64,000 bases of DNA from Octopus vulgaris (GCA_951406725.2 OX597822.1:5952001-6016000), one strand, 5' to 3'. Positions 25,140-39,312 are shown, counted from the stretch's first letter. Translations and numbers: made by a program. Notes: generated from the letters alone by a model not told the origin.

Positions 25140-25356
25140 GATGGAGTGCTGAAAAGTTCCTGGGTTTAAGGATATCGCGAAAGGCCTTGTTGGAGACCCA
25201 AGCTTCCGAGTTCCTTTCCAGGGCTTAGAAAAACTGACGGACCACTACAGTAAGTGTGCAAATCTGAGAGGGGAATATGTTGAATAAAATCAGAACTAAC
25301 TGACCCTTCTTTATTTTCTTTTACCCAAAACCAGGAACTTTTCAGTACTCACTCGT
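25140..25356. mobile_element. Mariner-type MITE
   Basis: TIRs TGCTGAAAAGTTCCTGG / CCAGGAACTTTTCAGTA. Confidence 0.7.
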
Positions 25357-25371
25357 ATATATATGTGTGTA

Positions 25372-25721
25372 TACTCTTTTACTTGTTTCAGTTATTTGAC
25401 TGTGGCCATGCTGGAGCACCGCCTTTAGTCGAGCAAATCGACCTCAGGACTTATTCTTTGTAAGCCTAGTACTATCGTTCTCTTTTTCCGAACCTCTAAG
25501 TTACGGGGACGCATACACACCAGCATCGGTTGTCAAGCGATGTTGGGGGGACAAACACACACATATATATACATACATACGACGGGCTTCTACTCACAAG
25601 GCTTTGGTTGGCCCGAGGCTATAGTAGAAGACAGATGCCCAAGGTGCCACGCAGTGGGACTGAACCCGGAACCATGTGGTTCGTAAGCAAGCTACTTACC
25701 ACACAGCCACCCCTACGCCTA
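25372..25721 (-). mobile_element. SINE family A
   Basis: Reverse complement match to family A. Confidence 0.85.
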
Positions 25722-25733
25722 TGTATATATATA

Positions 25734-26625
25734 TAACTTATAAAACAAGAAGATGGAATGAACATGCTTTAATCATCAATCACAACAATTGTTTCTGTAC
25801 AATAATAACAACTGTTCGTTACTGAGTTTTCCATATCATACTATTTACATACAATATTATATAGATAATTACAGAAATAAATATGATCCAGCTGGATCAG
25901 AGTCAGTTTCTAATCGTTTTATACCCCATTGTATTTTTGGCATTCTGTCTCTGTGGAGTAACTTATGGATTCAAATAGACATCTTTATATATAAAAGAGA
26001 GGTTGTGTGCTGTCTGTCTCCTACGATTTAGATTCCTAACTACTCCCACATTCTATGGTGCAGTTTAATCAAAACCGGGTATCTTATAGTCGTGATTCAT
26101 ATCGAGCCCTTCTGGGTATTAGCGCGCGTCTACGATGAGTCTACGATTTTAAAAAAAATTACCATCAATTTTTCCCATTTTTAATGCATTTTTGGCATAT
26201 ATAAGGGAAGTAACTCTCTAAAAATTTATTATTAAATCTCAGAACGTAAAAAGCTACAGTAACATCCCCCCCTTTGTGGTTAGCCATATTGAGATGGCTA
26301 TTATACTTTACATCTCTAAAAATGCTTATATAGTTATTTCCCTTACAAACCCGAGCAACGCCGGGCGATACTGCTAGTAGCTTATAAAACAAGAAGATGG
26401 AATGAACATGCTTTAATCATCAATCACAACAATTGTTTCTGTACAATAATAACAGCTGTTAGCTACTGAGTTTTCCATATCATACTATTTACATACAATA
26501 TTATATAGATAATTACAGAAATAAATATGATCCAGCTGGATCAGAGTCAGTTTCTAATCGTTTTATACCCCATTGTATTTTTGGTATTCTGTCTCTGGGG
26601 TGTAACTTATGGATTCAAATAGACA
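25734..26625 (+). repeat. 248-bp direct duplication (25734-25981 and 26378-26625) flanking a Helitron
   Basis: Two copies differing at only a few positions. Confidence 0.92.
25982..26377 (+). mobile_element. Non-autonomous Helitron
   Basis: A|TC 5' end, subterminal hairpin CCCGAGCAACGCCGGG, CTAG|T 3' end; 3' part shared with 52772-53155. Confidence 0.8.
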
Positions 26626-26709
26626 TAACTCATAAAGATATCAAATAAAGTAATGGCAGTAAGGAATGAAAATTATAAATCATAAAACAAAGAGACCAAA
26701 ATTAGTGAT

Positions 26710-27117
26710 AGGCGCAGGAGTGGCTGTGTGGTAAGTAGCTTGCTAACCAACCACATGGTTCCGGGTTCAGTCCCACTGCGTGGCATCTTGGGCAAGTGTC
26801 TTCTGCTATAGCCCCGGGCCGACCAATGCCTTGTGAGTGGATTTGGTAGACGGAAACTGAAAGAAGCCTGTCGTATATATGTATATATATATGTATATGT
26901 ATGTGTATGTGTGTCTGTGTTTGTACCCCTAGCATTGCTTTACAACCGATGCTGGTGTGTTTACGTCCCCGTCACTTAGCGGTTCGGCAAAAGAGACCGA
27001 TAGAATAAGTACTGGGCTTACAAAGAATAAGTCCTGCGGTCGATTTGCTCGACTAAAGGCGGTGCTCCAGCATGGCTGCAGTCAAATGACGGAAACAAGT
27101 AAAAGAGTAAAAGAGAG
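26710..27117 (+). mobile_element. SINE family A, full length
   Basis: Match to the other family A copies. Confidence 0.92.
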
Positions 27118-28009
27118 AGTAATGGAAATAAAAGTGAAGCGTATAAATATAAATGAAACCTAAAATTCTGTTCTTTATTATTCTATCGTAAGCATGTCTC
27201 CTTTTTCTTATGAAGATAGATTAAAACTGTGTGTACTGTTTTCTGTTTTGATGCAGTTCACTTTACCAGCTATTTTCGACCCAGAGTAGAGTAACATTCC
27301 TCTCCTGTTCCCCATATTGCTTTTTAACGGTTTTATTGAAATAGAGACAGGCTAAATTGTTCTAAACATGAGTCATATATTATTAGGAAATCGTAGCAAA
27401 ATAATTGATATTCCGACTGCATTTAATGCATATGTTTCAATTGATTATGTAACAAATTACTATGTAAGTACCACCCTCATTAGTTGATTACAAACGAAAT
27501 GCATTGATGGAATCGAGTTTGCCTCTGTATATTGTAGCAGAGAGAAGAGAGTCGTATAAAACACGGAAAGAATTATATTATAAAGAGAGGGAATGAAAAA
27601 AAGACGAGACATTTGAATAGATATCTAATGAAGAGGAGAAGATGTGTAATATAAAGTAAAAGTGAATGGATGAATAAGTAAGAGGATGACGTAGAGGACG
27701 ATGGAGTTTTGTTAAAGAAAGGAGAAGAGGAAAAGGAGGAAAAGAGAGGAAACAAAGAAAAAAATAGAGACAAGAACAATGAAGGGAATCAGTCTGGTGA
27801 GGATTCTGCTAATCAGATCATGAGGAATTTCGTCAGTGCTGTTCTTCTCAGCAGACCATAACACTTTAGAGCTAAGAAAACATTTATTAGCCTATGTGCT
27901 AGTAATAATTTCAAATCCCAAAATTGAAGAAAAGATTAGAATTTTCCCTTATTTAGATTTGCTACAGTTTCGAAATACGGGGTCTCATTGTAATTATGTA
28001 CTCTTTACT

Positions 28010-28416
28010 TTCTCTCTTTTACTCTTTTACGTGTTTCAGTCATTTGACTGCGGCCATGCTGGAGCACCGCCTTTAGTCGAGCAAATCGACCCCGGGACTT
28101 AGTCTTTGTAAGCCCAGTACTTATTCTATCGGTCTCTTTTTGCCGAACCGCTAAGTGACGGGGACGTAAACACACCAGCATCGGTTGTCAAGCAATGCTA
28201 GGGGGACAAACACAGACACACAAACACACACACACATATATATATATTCATATATACGACAGGCTTCTTTCAGTTTCCGTCTACCAAATCCACTCACAAG
28301 GCTTTGGTCGGCCCGGGGCTATAGCAGAAGACACTTGCCCAAGATGCCACGCAGTGGGACTGAACCCGGAACCATGTGGTTGGTTAGCAAGCTACTTACC
28401 ACACAGCCACTCCTGC
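28010..28416 (-). mobile_element. SINE family A, full length
   Basis: Reverse complement match. Confidence 0.92.
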
Positions 28417-29000
28417 ACACTATATAAAAAGTAAACACAAAGAATTGGTAATACTATAAATAGTAATATTATATATAATATTAACAAAATTAATAGTACT
28501 ATTAATAACAATATGTATGTAAGTATGTATGTATGTATGTATGTATGTATGTATGTATGTATGTATGTATGTATCTATCTATCTATCTATCTATATCTAT
28601 CTATCATTTAAAATATACAATTTAAAGAAGTAGTAGTAATAGTTTCGTGCCAAAGAGATATAATAATTAGGTAGATTTTAAATAACATGACATTCATCTC
28701 CAAATAATCTTCCAGGCTCAGGGCATAGCGTCAGACCTAATTGAAAACTCAAGACACTAGTCTACGAGAAAACATGAGAAAAAAACTGTAAGAAAAACGT
28801 GAAGAATTTTGATGGAAAAAAGTAGAAGAAAAATAATAAGAAAACCAAGATTTTCGTCTCCTTTGTATGTAGAAATCACATTTAATCTAGTCGATGTAGA
28901 ATAATATAATGGAGTGGCGACCAAAGTTTGTGAAATAGCTACTCAATTTGGAGAGGTTTTTATTCCCTAGTTCAACAAAAAAAACTTGTCTATGTGTTTG

Positions 29001-29725
29001 TATTTGCTAAACATTTCGGACCTGGAATTAAGAAGTGTGGTAGAACTTGGATCGAAAAAGAATGTGCCATCTTTCAGCTACGCATTAGTTGCATTTCTTT
29101 TATCCATTCATATCTATCACAGTTTTCTCCCCGATACTCCATTTGACTGTACGTAGTGTGCAGTTGGTGTTCAGATACTATAAATGTTAGTCAACTTAGT
29201 GGCTTTATTTTTATCAATGTGTCGCAAAAACCGTCGTAATTTTTTGCTACTCGATTACGTTATCTTGGAGCACAGCTGTAACTTCAGCTTCATAAACAAG
29301 TGTTCATCAAACACAACTGATCAAGCTGGCAAGCTTCATAGTGTCGACAGTTACAAGTGGAACTGAGCTTTTGGTTTGACTTGTAAGTGAAAATGTCCTT
29401 CAGATTAGGGCAGTAACTGTATAGAATTTACATCTATTTAGAATCTTTCCGTACCTATGGTTTACTGGAAGATGCATATTTAATAATGCCCGGAATTTCT
29501 TATCGCTGTTAATTTTAACATTTAAGGAGAAAGGTGTGGGTGAACTATATTATTTTCCTATGTCTAATTTTAGGCTTCATATTCTTAACTGCAAGGTTAT
29601 ATCATATCTTATAAATAGACCAAAGAGATGCAAGTTATGCGTAGCTGAAAGATCGCACATACTTTTCCGATCCAAGAATTCCACTACGCTACTTAATTCC
29701 ATATCCGAAATGTTTAGCAAATGCA
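29001..29725. repeat. Diverged ~110-bp inverted repeats (29001-29108 / 29612-29725)
   Basis: TTTGCTAAACATTTCGGA..GGAATTAAG..TCTTTCAGCTACGCAT against its reverse complement. Confidence 0.7.
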
Positions 29726-30328
29726 AGCTGATGGACGATATATATAAAGTTGAAACTTTGTATAGTTGTATTTAGAGTAAGATATCAGTCAATCAAATTC
29801 CGCCATAGTCTTATTTGCACATTTTATTTTTGTATTTTTATAATTTTACAAATACCTTCACGTTTAATAACAATCCTCTACTAAATGATTATGTAGTGGA
29901 ATTAAGAAACAGCTAATACGTTTCACAATTGACAATTGCAGTAAAATGACTGAATTTTCTGTTTAAAATACCTACCAATAGGTTTCATCAAGCTGAAGTT
30001 CACGAGAGCATTTTAACCAATCAGTGTACGTCTTAGACGCTTCTGTATGAGTAAAATGTTAGCACAGTTGACTTTGATAAAGCCTTTTCATAGAAATATT
30101 TTAACCAATCACAGTGAGCAGTAGAGGATTCAGTAATTATCAGATGTTGAGAAATATCTGATTCAACAAACAATTGTTTTGGCTAAAATATTTCTCACCG
30201 AAATTAATTTCAAAGGGTTTTCTACTCAAACAAAAATATCCATCCTTATTAATGGAAAAACGTATACAATATAGAACAATTTACAGCTTCCCAAGAAAGA
30301 AGATGAGTGAACTTCACGGCATATATCT

Positions 30329-30561
30329 AAGGCGGCGAGCTGGCAGAAACGTTAGCACGCTGGGAGAAATGCTTGGCAGTATTTCGTCTGCCGTTACGTT
30401 CTGAGTTCAAACTCTGCCGAGGTCGACTTTGCCTTTCATCCTTTCGGGATTGATTAAATAAGTACCAGTTACACACTGGGGTCGATATAATCGACTTAAT
30501 CTGTTTGTCTGTCCTTGTTTGTCCCCTCTGTGTTTAGCTCCTTGTGGGTAGTAAAGAAATA
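30329..30561 (+). mobile_element. SINE family B (tail 1)
   Basis: TSD ATATATCTAA at 30321-30330 and 30565-30574. Confidence 0.9.
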
Positions 30562-30934
30562 GGTATATATCTAAATCCTTAAAAAAAATTCCCGGGATGT
30601 CTGTGGCTACATGAATTCCTAATGGTAGCTTAGACGACTTAATATATCCAGTTCGATCTCTTTCTCTTAAGTTTGTTACTATAATTAATGTTTGTATAGT
30701 TATTTCTTTGTATATTAGTTCCCTCATGGTTGCTTAAAGTATTGCGATTGTTACACTGCACTGGTTAAGTTTCGAACACAACGCTTTCAGAATGTATAGA
30801 TTAATCTTGATTTACCTTTAACATAACACATCTATGAGGTTTAAATAGCAGAGATGATAATATTTTTGCATCCCCTCTGAGTATAATAACGATAACACTA
30901 ATAGAGTAAGACTTCTTATGACTACATATCTAAT

Positions 30935-31110
30935 GGAATGTGTAACTGTAGAAACTGTGATAAATACGCGCCCTCTGGAAACCAATGCCTAAGGATGGAT
31001 ATTATATATCTCGGTCAAAACATCTGATAATGTCCATTATTACATAGGCACTTCCGCCTCGAAATTCAAGGCTAAATTACACCAACGCATTCATTCATTG
31101 AAATACAACC
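30935..31110 (+). pseudogene. Penelope-like GIY-YIG endonuclease remnant
   Basis: CNCRNCDKYAPSGNQCLRMDIIY / YYIGTSASKFKAKLHQRIHSLKY across a frameshift. Confidence 0.55.
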
Positions 31111-31228
31111 CCGCCCCACAAAAAATGCACTTCATCGGCGAAATTCATCTGGGACTTCAAAGAGTGGAATAAATCACTCTGTTTCGGGGTCTTTTATAGA
31201 TAGTGCTCTTACAAATACACACACGCGG

Positions 31229-31322
<94 letters not shown>

Positions 31323-31613
31323 TGAGAGGTTGGAGCTGTATTTTGTGCCTGGTGGAGGCGTTTGAAATTGTAAATCCATTCTAATTCACTAACATAGCAA
31401 GTTATTAATTTAATGTCCTCACTTAACAAAGCATTCTTAAAATTTTCGCACGAAATCTCAGATGATTAACTCACCTGGTTACAAATAAAATTAATGCCAA
31501 CGTTATCTTAAGAATTCTTTCTTTTCTTTCATAAGTTACCTGTGATGGAATATATTACTCTTTTCCCAAATAAGTTTGGACCTTTATTCCAATTCTTCAC
31601 TATTGCACACAAT

Positions 31614-31790
31614 AGGCGCAGGAGTGGCTGTGTGGTAAGTAGCTTGCTAACCAACCACATGGTTCCGGGTTCAGTCCCACTGCGTGGCACCTTGGGCAAG
31701 TGTCTTCTGCTATAGCCCCGGGCCGACCAATACCTTGTGAGTGGATTTGGTAGACGGAAACTGAAAGAAGCCTGTCGTATATATGTATAC

Positions 31791-31821
<31 letters not shown>

Positions 31822-32041
31822 GTGTGTTTGTGTGTCTGTGTTTGTTCCCCTAGCATTGCTTGACAACCGATGCTGGTGTGTTTACGTCTCCGTCACTTAG
31901 CGGTTCGGCAAAAAGAGAACTATAGAATAAGTACTGGGCTTACAAAAAGAATAAGTCCCGGGGTCGAGTTGCTCGACTAAAGGCTGTGCTCCAACATGGC
32001 CGCAGTCAAATGACTGAAACAAGTAAAAGAGTAAAAGAGAG
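31614..32041 (+). mobile_element. SINE family A, full length
   Basis: Match to the other family A copies. Confidence 0.92.
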
Positions 32042-33092
32042 TAACTGAGTTCAGTTTAATCTAAGTAAACCTGGTATTTCTCAAACCGACTAGAGCGAAA
32101 TATCTTATAAATTCTATATTGTCTTATAAATTTTATATACAATTACTATGCACCCGGTTGACTTCCCTACGTTCCCTCTTCTAGGACTTTAAATGTCACC
32201 CTACCGCAGATTGACCAGCAAAAAAGCTTGTTAATAGTAACTTTTCCTGAGCTGCGTTCTCACAATCTAATAAACTGCAATGCTTGATGATATCTTGACC
32301 TACAGGATTGTGAATTTGGTAAGAATATAATAAATCAAAGAAAGAAAATTGCTATGTGTGTTTTCTACAATCTTTCATCCACAACTTTGCAGCAGAAACT
32401 CAAAATCTACCACAATAACTTTTAATCTTTGAAGACAATAATTGGGATGGGTAGGCATCAATTTATTGATTGACTATGCATACACGCCATTGTATAGCAA
32501 GGAAACAGCGCTTGAAGCCATTCGGAACGTTTGTAACTGTGAATAAAGTTATGTGAAAATATAATAAATATAATTCTTCATTCTTTGTCTGATTGCTATT
32601 ATATTTTATGATTAATAGAGTAACCTACCGACAGGTGAATAACCTCGGATTTAAAATTTGTACAGATCATCCGGTGTATTCAATGTATGTGGATTATTAT
32701 ACTCTGCAATAGAAATTCTGTTAGTCATGTTTTACAGAATGGAGTACTGACGAAGATATACGCCTGAGATTCTTCACTCCCTAATTTCGATGTATGTGCG
32801 TATGTGTGTATGTATGTCTGCGTGTGCATGTGTATGTATGTGAGAGAGTGTGTGTGTATGTTTATGTCTCCTTGTATCGATCTCGCCTGGTTGTTGTGAG
32901 TCGCACTGTGGTACAAGCAGCGTCGTTTATTTTCAATATCTTCCAAAAAACATGTCTGACCATTAAAAAATATTGTCTTGCTTGGAAACAAGCGAGGGTT
33001 GGTGAGAAGAAGGACATCCAGCCGAAGAAAATTTGCATCAGTAAACTCCGTTCGAAACGCGCAAAGATGGAAAAGTGAACGTTAAATGTATG

Positions 33093-33147
<55 letters not shown>

Positions 33148-33165
33148 CATATATAAGAATGCATA

Positions 33166-33289
33166 TAATAAGGATGACCGCTAAGTGAATATCCAATATG
33201 CTAGAAGAAGATCACCTACTATCTAATTAGATCGTAGGCGATCTTCTTCTAGCATATTTTAGATGTCCACTTAGTGGCCATCCCTATTA
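33166..33289. repeat. ~124-bp imperfect palindrome next to (TA)n
   Basis: AATATGCTAGAAGAAGATC...GATCTTCTTCTAGCATATT centred on TCTAATTAGA. Confidence 0.85.
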
Positions 33290-33839
33290 CAATTTTTAGT
33301 GAATTTTCAGATTTTTATATATGAAGAAGATGCTAGGCTACTGGTTTTAAATTGATTTTAATTAAATTAATATTCAATTTATCACCCTCATTATTTAAAT
33401 TTATATATATTCTTTAGAGTATGTCACATGGTATTAGATATTGTGTGGTAAATATTGACCAACCGAAATGACCATTGGTGTCTGATAATGTTAGTGAATT
33501 AGATTGGTTATTAGGTTTACTAAATCTGACACCGAGCTTGCCTAGACCCTCAGTGACTTGGATATTGTATCTCTTTAAAAAATCTCCGCCTGCACAACAG
33601 GTCTCTGTAGTTATACATCTCTTTCGGTATATTTGGTCTTCTTAAAGAATATACAATGATATATATAAGTTCACGCACATATATATACACACACACGCAC
33701 AAACATACACACTCAAACTTTATAAATATTGTAGTTCTGAGATTTGTCTCTGTTACACGAATGTCTGTTGTGGATTATGTAGCTGAATTTTGATGCACAC
33801 GGTGTCAAATGTTTAGGTAAGATAAACTACGTATAGATC

Positions 33840-34262
33840 TATAGGCGCAGGGGTGGCTATAGGCGCAAGGGTGGCTATAGGCGCAGGCGTGATCATAGGT
33901 ACTGGTGTGGGACTGTGGAACGAAACTTGCTTCCCAACTACATGGTTCTGGGTTCATTCTCACTGCATGGCTTCTTGGGCAAGTGTCTTCTACTATAGTC
34001 TTGGGCCGACCAATATCTTGTGAGTGGATTTCGTAGACAAAAACTGAAAGGAGCCCGTCGTATAGATATGTATATATTTATGCGTGTGTGTTTGTACCCC
34101 GCCATCGTTTGACAACTGATGTGTTTATGTCCCCGTAACTTAGCGGTTCGTTAAAAATGACCGATTGAATAAGTCCTGGGAGCGATTTCTTCGACTAAAC
34201 CCATAAGATGGTGCTCCAGCATGGTCGCAGTTAAATGATTGAAACAAGTGAAAGAATAAAAG
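33840..34262 (+). mobile_element. Old SINE family A copy with triplicated 5' start
   Basis: TATAGGCGCA.GGGTGGC repeated, then the family A body. Confidence 0.75.
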
Positions 34263-34388
34263 AACATCTGTATATGTGTATAGTGTGCATATTTGTGTGT
34301 ATGTGTACACATAAATATGGATATGTATATACTCGCTTCTGTTTGTGCGCATCTATGTATGTATGTATGTATCAATCAATCAACCAAC

Positions 34389-34465
<77 letters not shown>

Positions 34466-34479
34466 TATCTATCTATCTA

Positions 34480-34527
<48 letters not shown>

Positions 34528-34849
34528 AATTGAAAGTAGAGAAATGCACACAGTTTACATAGTTTTAATATATTTTTTTGATATAAGTGAAAGAGTATTG
34601 TGTTTGTTGGCCAGTTTCGCTTTCGTTAATCATGAATTTGAAATTATTGTAATTTCGTATTTTCTTAAGACTATATTAGTCCATGTTGTGTACAGGGGTT
34701 TGTGAATGAAATGAAACAACATGTAGAAAAATCTAAGGGTAGGTAATTAGCGATCGTTATTATTCGGAGCAGGGGAGGTAATTGCTCACTTTTGAGGGAG
34801 AGTGTAAATAAATATGCAAAAACTCAAAAGCTAAAGTAGTGAGATTAAA

Positions 34850-35135
34850 TATTTACAGAGATGTGGTTCTCTGTCCAAGTACACATAACTATATAGGACA
34901 GACTAGTATGACACTTAGACGGAGCACCACACTACTTAAGGAACAGATCCGTTTACTACTGTACAGACAGATTCTGTTGAGTGAATACATAGAGAGACGT
35001 GCAGGTAATATCCAACGAAACTTCACTATTTTCTCCATCAAATAGGGTAAAGGAACAATTTCTGTACAAGAACGTTTAAATAAAGAAAATCTATTTATCG
35101 AAAAATACCGAACACACCTAGATATGAACGCATAA
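34850..35135 (+). pseudogene. Penelope-like GIY-YIG endonuclease remnant
   Basis: VVLCPSTHNYIGQTSMTLRRSTTLLKEQIR...LSEYIE. Confidence 0.65.
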
Positions 35136-35975
35136 CCAACTTTGTTCTCAGTATATCGTTTAATTCATATTCACATACACATCACTGTAAATATTTCATC
35201 TCAATACGTTTGAGTTTTTGTATATTTATTTACTCCCGCCCCCAAATGAGCAATTACATCCCCTATCCCGAAAAATCACGATCACCAATTACTCCCCTTA
35301 GATTTTTATACCTGTTGGTTAATTTCATTCACAAATCTTCATACACAACATGGACTAAAATCTTTTTAAGAAAATACGAAATTACAATAATTTCAAATTC
35401 ACGATTAGCGAAAACGAAACCGTTCGTCAAAAACAATACTCTTTGACTTATAAAATATATCTTAAAATATTTAAAAACTATGTAAGCTGTGTGCATTTTC
35501 CGTCTTTTATTTAATATATATATATATATATTTTGTGCATGAAGTAAAGAAACCTACTTCATTGAAAAATATGAGCCAAAACTTAACCATTTCTAACATT
35601 TTTAAATAAGGAAACTCACCCCATTGAAAAAAAATATAGAGCTAAACCTAACTACTTGAAACATTCTATTCTTTCTAAACCAAATCATATTAAATTAATA
35701 AAACCTAGTCTTTCCCAACATTTTTTATTATCTCCCTTATACCGAAAAAATCTCTGATCATCTTCCCCTGTCTTGAACTCCATATTTCACAAAATAGCGA
35801 AGAAATGACACAATACAGGTAAAGAAATTTGAAAAGAAAATACGAAACCGGTTATTTCTCCAAAAACAATGTTACTATAAGCAAAATTTTCTAACATTTT
35901 TCTAACATAACGATTTAAATATATTCTTTAACCATATAACACAAGCATTCTGTAGTATTTGTCACTCTATTTCAT

Positions 35976-36035
<60 letters not shown>

Positions 36036-36478
36036 AAATTAAAATTAAAATGAGGGTGAAAAATTGGTTATTAATCTGATAACATCAATTTTAACACCAG
36101 TGGTCTAGCATATAAAAAAAATGAGGTTCAGTAAATAGTATTACATATATAAATATAAGAGGGAATTTTACCACTATGTGGAAACCCTTATGCTAGAAGA
36201 AGATCTGCTATGGTCTTACCACTAAGAATTGTTCTCTAGAAAATTTAGCAAACACCAGAAACGTAAGCGAGCAAGACAAATGAAAAGTAACAAAAATATA
36301 GATTAATCATAAACATGTTTCATACACAGCTGGAGTATAAATCCATGTTTTCTTTCGCAATTAAATATGTATTCCTGAATCACTGTTTGTTCGCGATAGC
36401 GATTTCACCGACCCGACCCTGGGAATTTTACTATTTAAGGACCTGGTGCGCTTGAATCCTGAATATGTGTGTGTATGT

Positions 36479-36531
<53 letters not shown>

Positions 36532-36709
36532 CATATCTATATACATTTTGTTATGATATTATTCTTTTTGGCACAAAATCAGGTATTTTGAAGGGAAAGG
36601 AAGAGTCAATTTGGTCGACCCCAGTGTTATAGTGGTACTTATTTTATCGATGGCGAAAAGATGAAAGGCAATGTCGATCTCAGCTGGATTTGAAGTTTAA
36701 ATTCTTTAG

Positions 36710-37270
36710 TTTTTCTCTGATAAGAAAAACTTCGACCAAAACCAAAAGTCTAACAGGGTAACTAGCAGATAGTTATGTGCAAATCCTTCTTATGTCTCAA
36801 GAGTGAGGTACACTAAGTTTCCAGCAACTGTGATGGTTTTAGGAATGGTTAGGAACGAAGGTTACGTCATGCTACCTCACATCTTTCCACAGATTATCAG
36901 CATTAATACTGTTGTTAATCCCTGGATTAATGAAATACATAAAGGAAAGTCACATGTATATCAAAAAGACTCTGCGTTTTCTTACAAAAGTCCAATTAAC
37001 TCAGAAATGTTTGTCAGATAATCTTTACGATAATGTAACATCAAACTTGTGGCCGTCAAACTCGCCAGATTAGCGTCCCATGGACAACAAAGTTTAGTGC
37101 ATTGTTGAAAGGAAGCTCAATCGAGATCCTCACAATATCATAGAGTCACTAAAGGTCGCCATTGAGTCATGTCCGAAATGAGAAAAGATCATTTAGTGAA
37201 GGCATGTCGACATTTCCGGTCCAAATCGAAGCAATCATCGAAGCTGAAGGTGGATACATAGAATGATCTT
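36710..37270 (+). pseudogene. Degraded Tc1/mariner (DD37D-like) transposase
   Basis: FSDKKNF, TKFPATVMVLG, QKDSA, LWPSNSPD; similar remnant at 46230-46510. Confidence 0.65.
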
Positions 37271-37297
37271 ATAAAGAATCTTATTGAGAAGGTACAC

Positions 37298-37715
37298 AGG
37301 CGCAGGAGTGGCTGTGTGGTAAGCAGCTTGCTAACCAACCACATGGTTCCGGGTTCAGTCCCACTGCGTGGCATCTTGGGCAAGTGTCTTCTGCTATAGC
37401 CCCGGGCCGACCAATGCCTTGTGAGTGGATTTGGTAGACGGAAACTGAAAGAAGCCTGTCGTATATATGTATATATATATATATGTGTGTGTGTGTTTGT
37501 GTGTCTGTGTTTGTCCCCCTAGCATTGCTTGACAACCGATGCTGGTGTGTTTATGTCCCCGTCACTTAGCGGTTCGGCAAAAGAGACCGATAGAATAAGT
37601 ACTGGGTTTACAAAAGAATAAGTCCCGGAGTCGAGTTGCTCGACTAAAGGCGGTGCTCCAGCATGGCCGCAGTCAAATGACTGAAACATGTAAAAGAGTA
37701 AAGAGTAAAAGAGAG
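37298..37715 (+). mobile_element. SINE family A, full length
   Basis: Match to the other family A copies. Confidence 0.92.
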
Positions 37716-38009
37716 TAAATGTTTTAGTAAGATAGATTTGATGAGAGAAGCCGGACATATTCTAACATCTTCTTGTGACTGGTCACCGGTTACCTACCCA
37801 TGAATTTTTGCACATTTCACCAGAAATTTATGATTATTATGATTATTGTGTACCTCTGTGCATCCTGAACAGCTCTCGAGTTAGGAAATAACATATTTCA
37901 TACTTTATTCTGTATTTTTAATGCTTCTTGTACAAATATTTATATCAAGTCTGTATTTATCTCCATCACTATCTCTCATTCTCCATACATGTACATATAT
38001 ACGTACCTA

Positions 38010-38010
38010 G

Positions 38011-38089
<79 letters not shown>

Positions 38090-38207
38090 CCTACCTACCT
38101 ACCTCTCTCTGCCTATCTGTCTGCCTGTCTGTCTCCCAATCTGTCTGTCTATCTGTCTGTCCGTCCAACCATCCATCCATCCATCCATCCATCCATCTAT
38201 CCATCCG

Positions 38208-38301
<94 letters not shown>
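38010..38301 (+). repeat. (CTAT)n compound tetranucleotide microsatellite
   Basis: Direct inspection; continues at 39679-39696. Confidence 0.95.
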
Positions 38302-39312
38302 GTCGTACCTTGTCCCGACCCTACCATCACCAAACTACAACGCATCCTCTTTCGCTTCTTGTGGAAAGGATGCGTCCCGATGGTCAGGCGATCCATTTGC
38401 TGTCAACACCCGTTAAAAGGAGGGCTGGGCATGCCGTGGTTGATGATGCGCAGACACGCGCTGAGACTGCGACATCTCTGGCTCTATGTAGACGACGGTG
38501 AACAGGTGTGGTCGCCGTTTGTGAGGCACGCTTTCCCGCAGCTCGTCTCCATGACCGAACTGCAGTCGTGGATCAAAAAGAGGCCGAGGAAGGGCGAATG
38601 GCACCGCGAGTGTCGCGTTGCTCTCAAGCAACTCTGCCGTCCTGGGTCGACCTTAAGTGACTTCAACACAACCAAAGCATTCTATAGGGGTTTAGTGGAG
38701 GGGAGGTACGACGACGAGCTCGGGGCGAACCTGGACGTCGACGAGGAGTACCTGACCCGCCTGTTCAGGACGACTTTCGGGCCAGGGCCCATGGACAACT
38801 TCCAGAGATCCCTGGCCTGGCAGTGCTACCGAGAAGCGCTACCCGTTCGGGATAAGCTCTACAGACACGGCTCGAGAAACACGGGGCCGACCTGCCCGAG
38901 ATGCGGTCAGAGCGACGAAACCGTTCTGCACGCACTCGTTCAGTGTCCAACAATTTCCGACCTGTGGGCTTATGTCGAACAACTGCTGTCACGTGTGGGA
39001 CGAGTCGGTTTATCAGCTGAGTCTATCGTCAATATTGTCACGCCTCCTTCCTTCAAACGGGAAGGAAGAGCTATTTTCATCATCCTTGTGGCTATGGCGA
39101 AAGAATGTATCTGGTGGACGCGTCTGAAAGGATTGGAGACAAACACTTTCCTCTCTGGTCAATCTCTCATCAACTTCTTCAAGTACCACTTGAAAAGGAA
39201 AGTGAGAGTAGAGAGGCAGGTTTTGTCTAGCGAATGTTTTAAAAAAAGATGGGTGAATGTAGCAAGAATGGCACGTATGAATGACGAAGCCACCTTGAGC
39301 ATAGTCCTATGA
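38302..39312 (+). CDS. Tx1/L1 ORF2 C-terminal region with CCHC (zf-RVT-like) motif, 5'-truncated but uninterrupted
   Basis: LFRFLWKG...[10 protein letters not shown] and [18 protein letters not shown]. Confidence 0.85.
   Translation, partial: VVPCPDPTITKLQRILFRFLWKGCVPMVRRSICCQHPLKGGLGMPWLMMRRHALRLRHLWLYVDDGEQVWSPFVRHAFPQLVSMTELQSWIKKRPRKGEWHRECRVALKQLCRPGSTLSDFNTTKAFYRGLVEGRYDDELGANLDVDEEYLTRLFRTTFGPGPMDNFQRSLAWQCYREALPVRDKLYRHGSRNTGPTCPRCGQSDETVLHALVQCPTISDLWAYVEQLLSRVGRVGLSAESIVNIVTPPSFKREGRAIFIILVAMAKECIWWTRLKGLETNTFLSGQSLINFFKYHLKRKVRVERQVLSSECFKKRWVNVARMARMNDEATLSIVL

Noticed and set aside
28185-28434. Recurrent peptides such as MSSNARGTNT and AEDTCPRCHAVGLNPEPC
   Set aside because: Antisense translations of SINE family A copies, not a gene family.
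32739-32792. AG...GT-bounded 54-bp exon-like segment
   Set aside because: Stops in all three frames and no supporting evidence.
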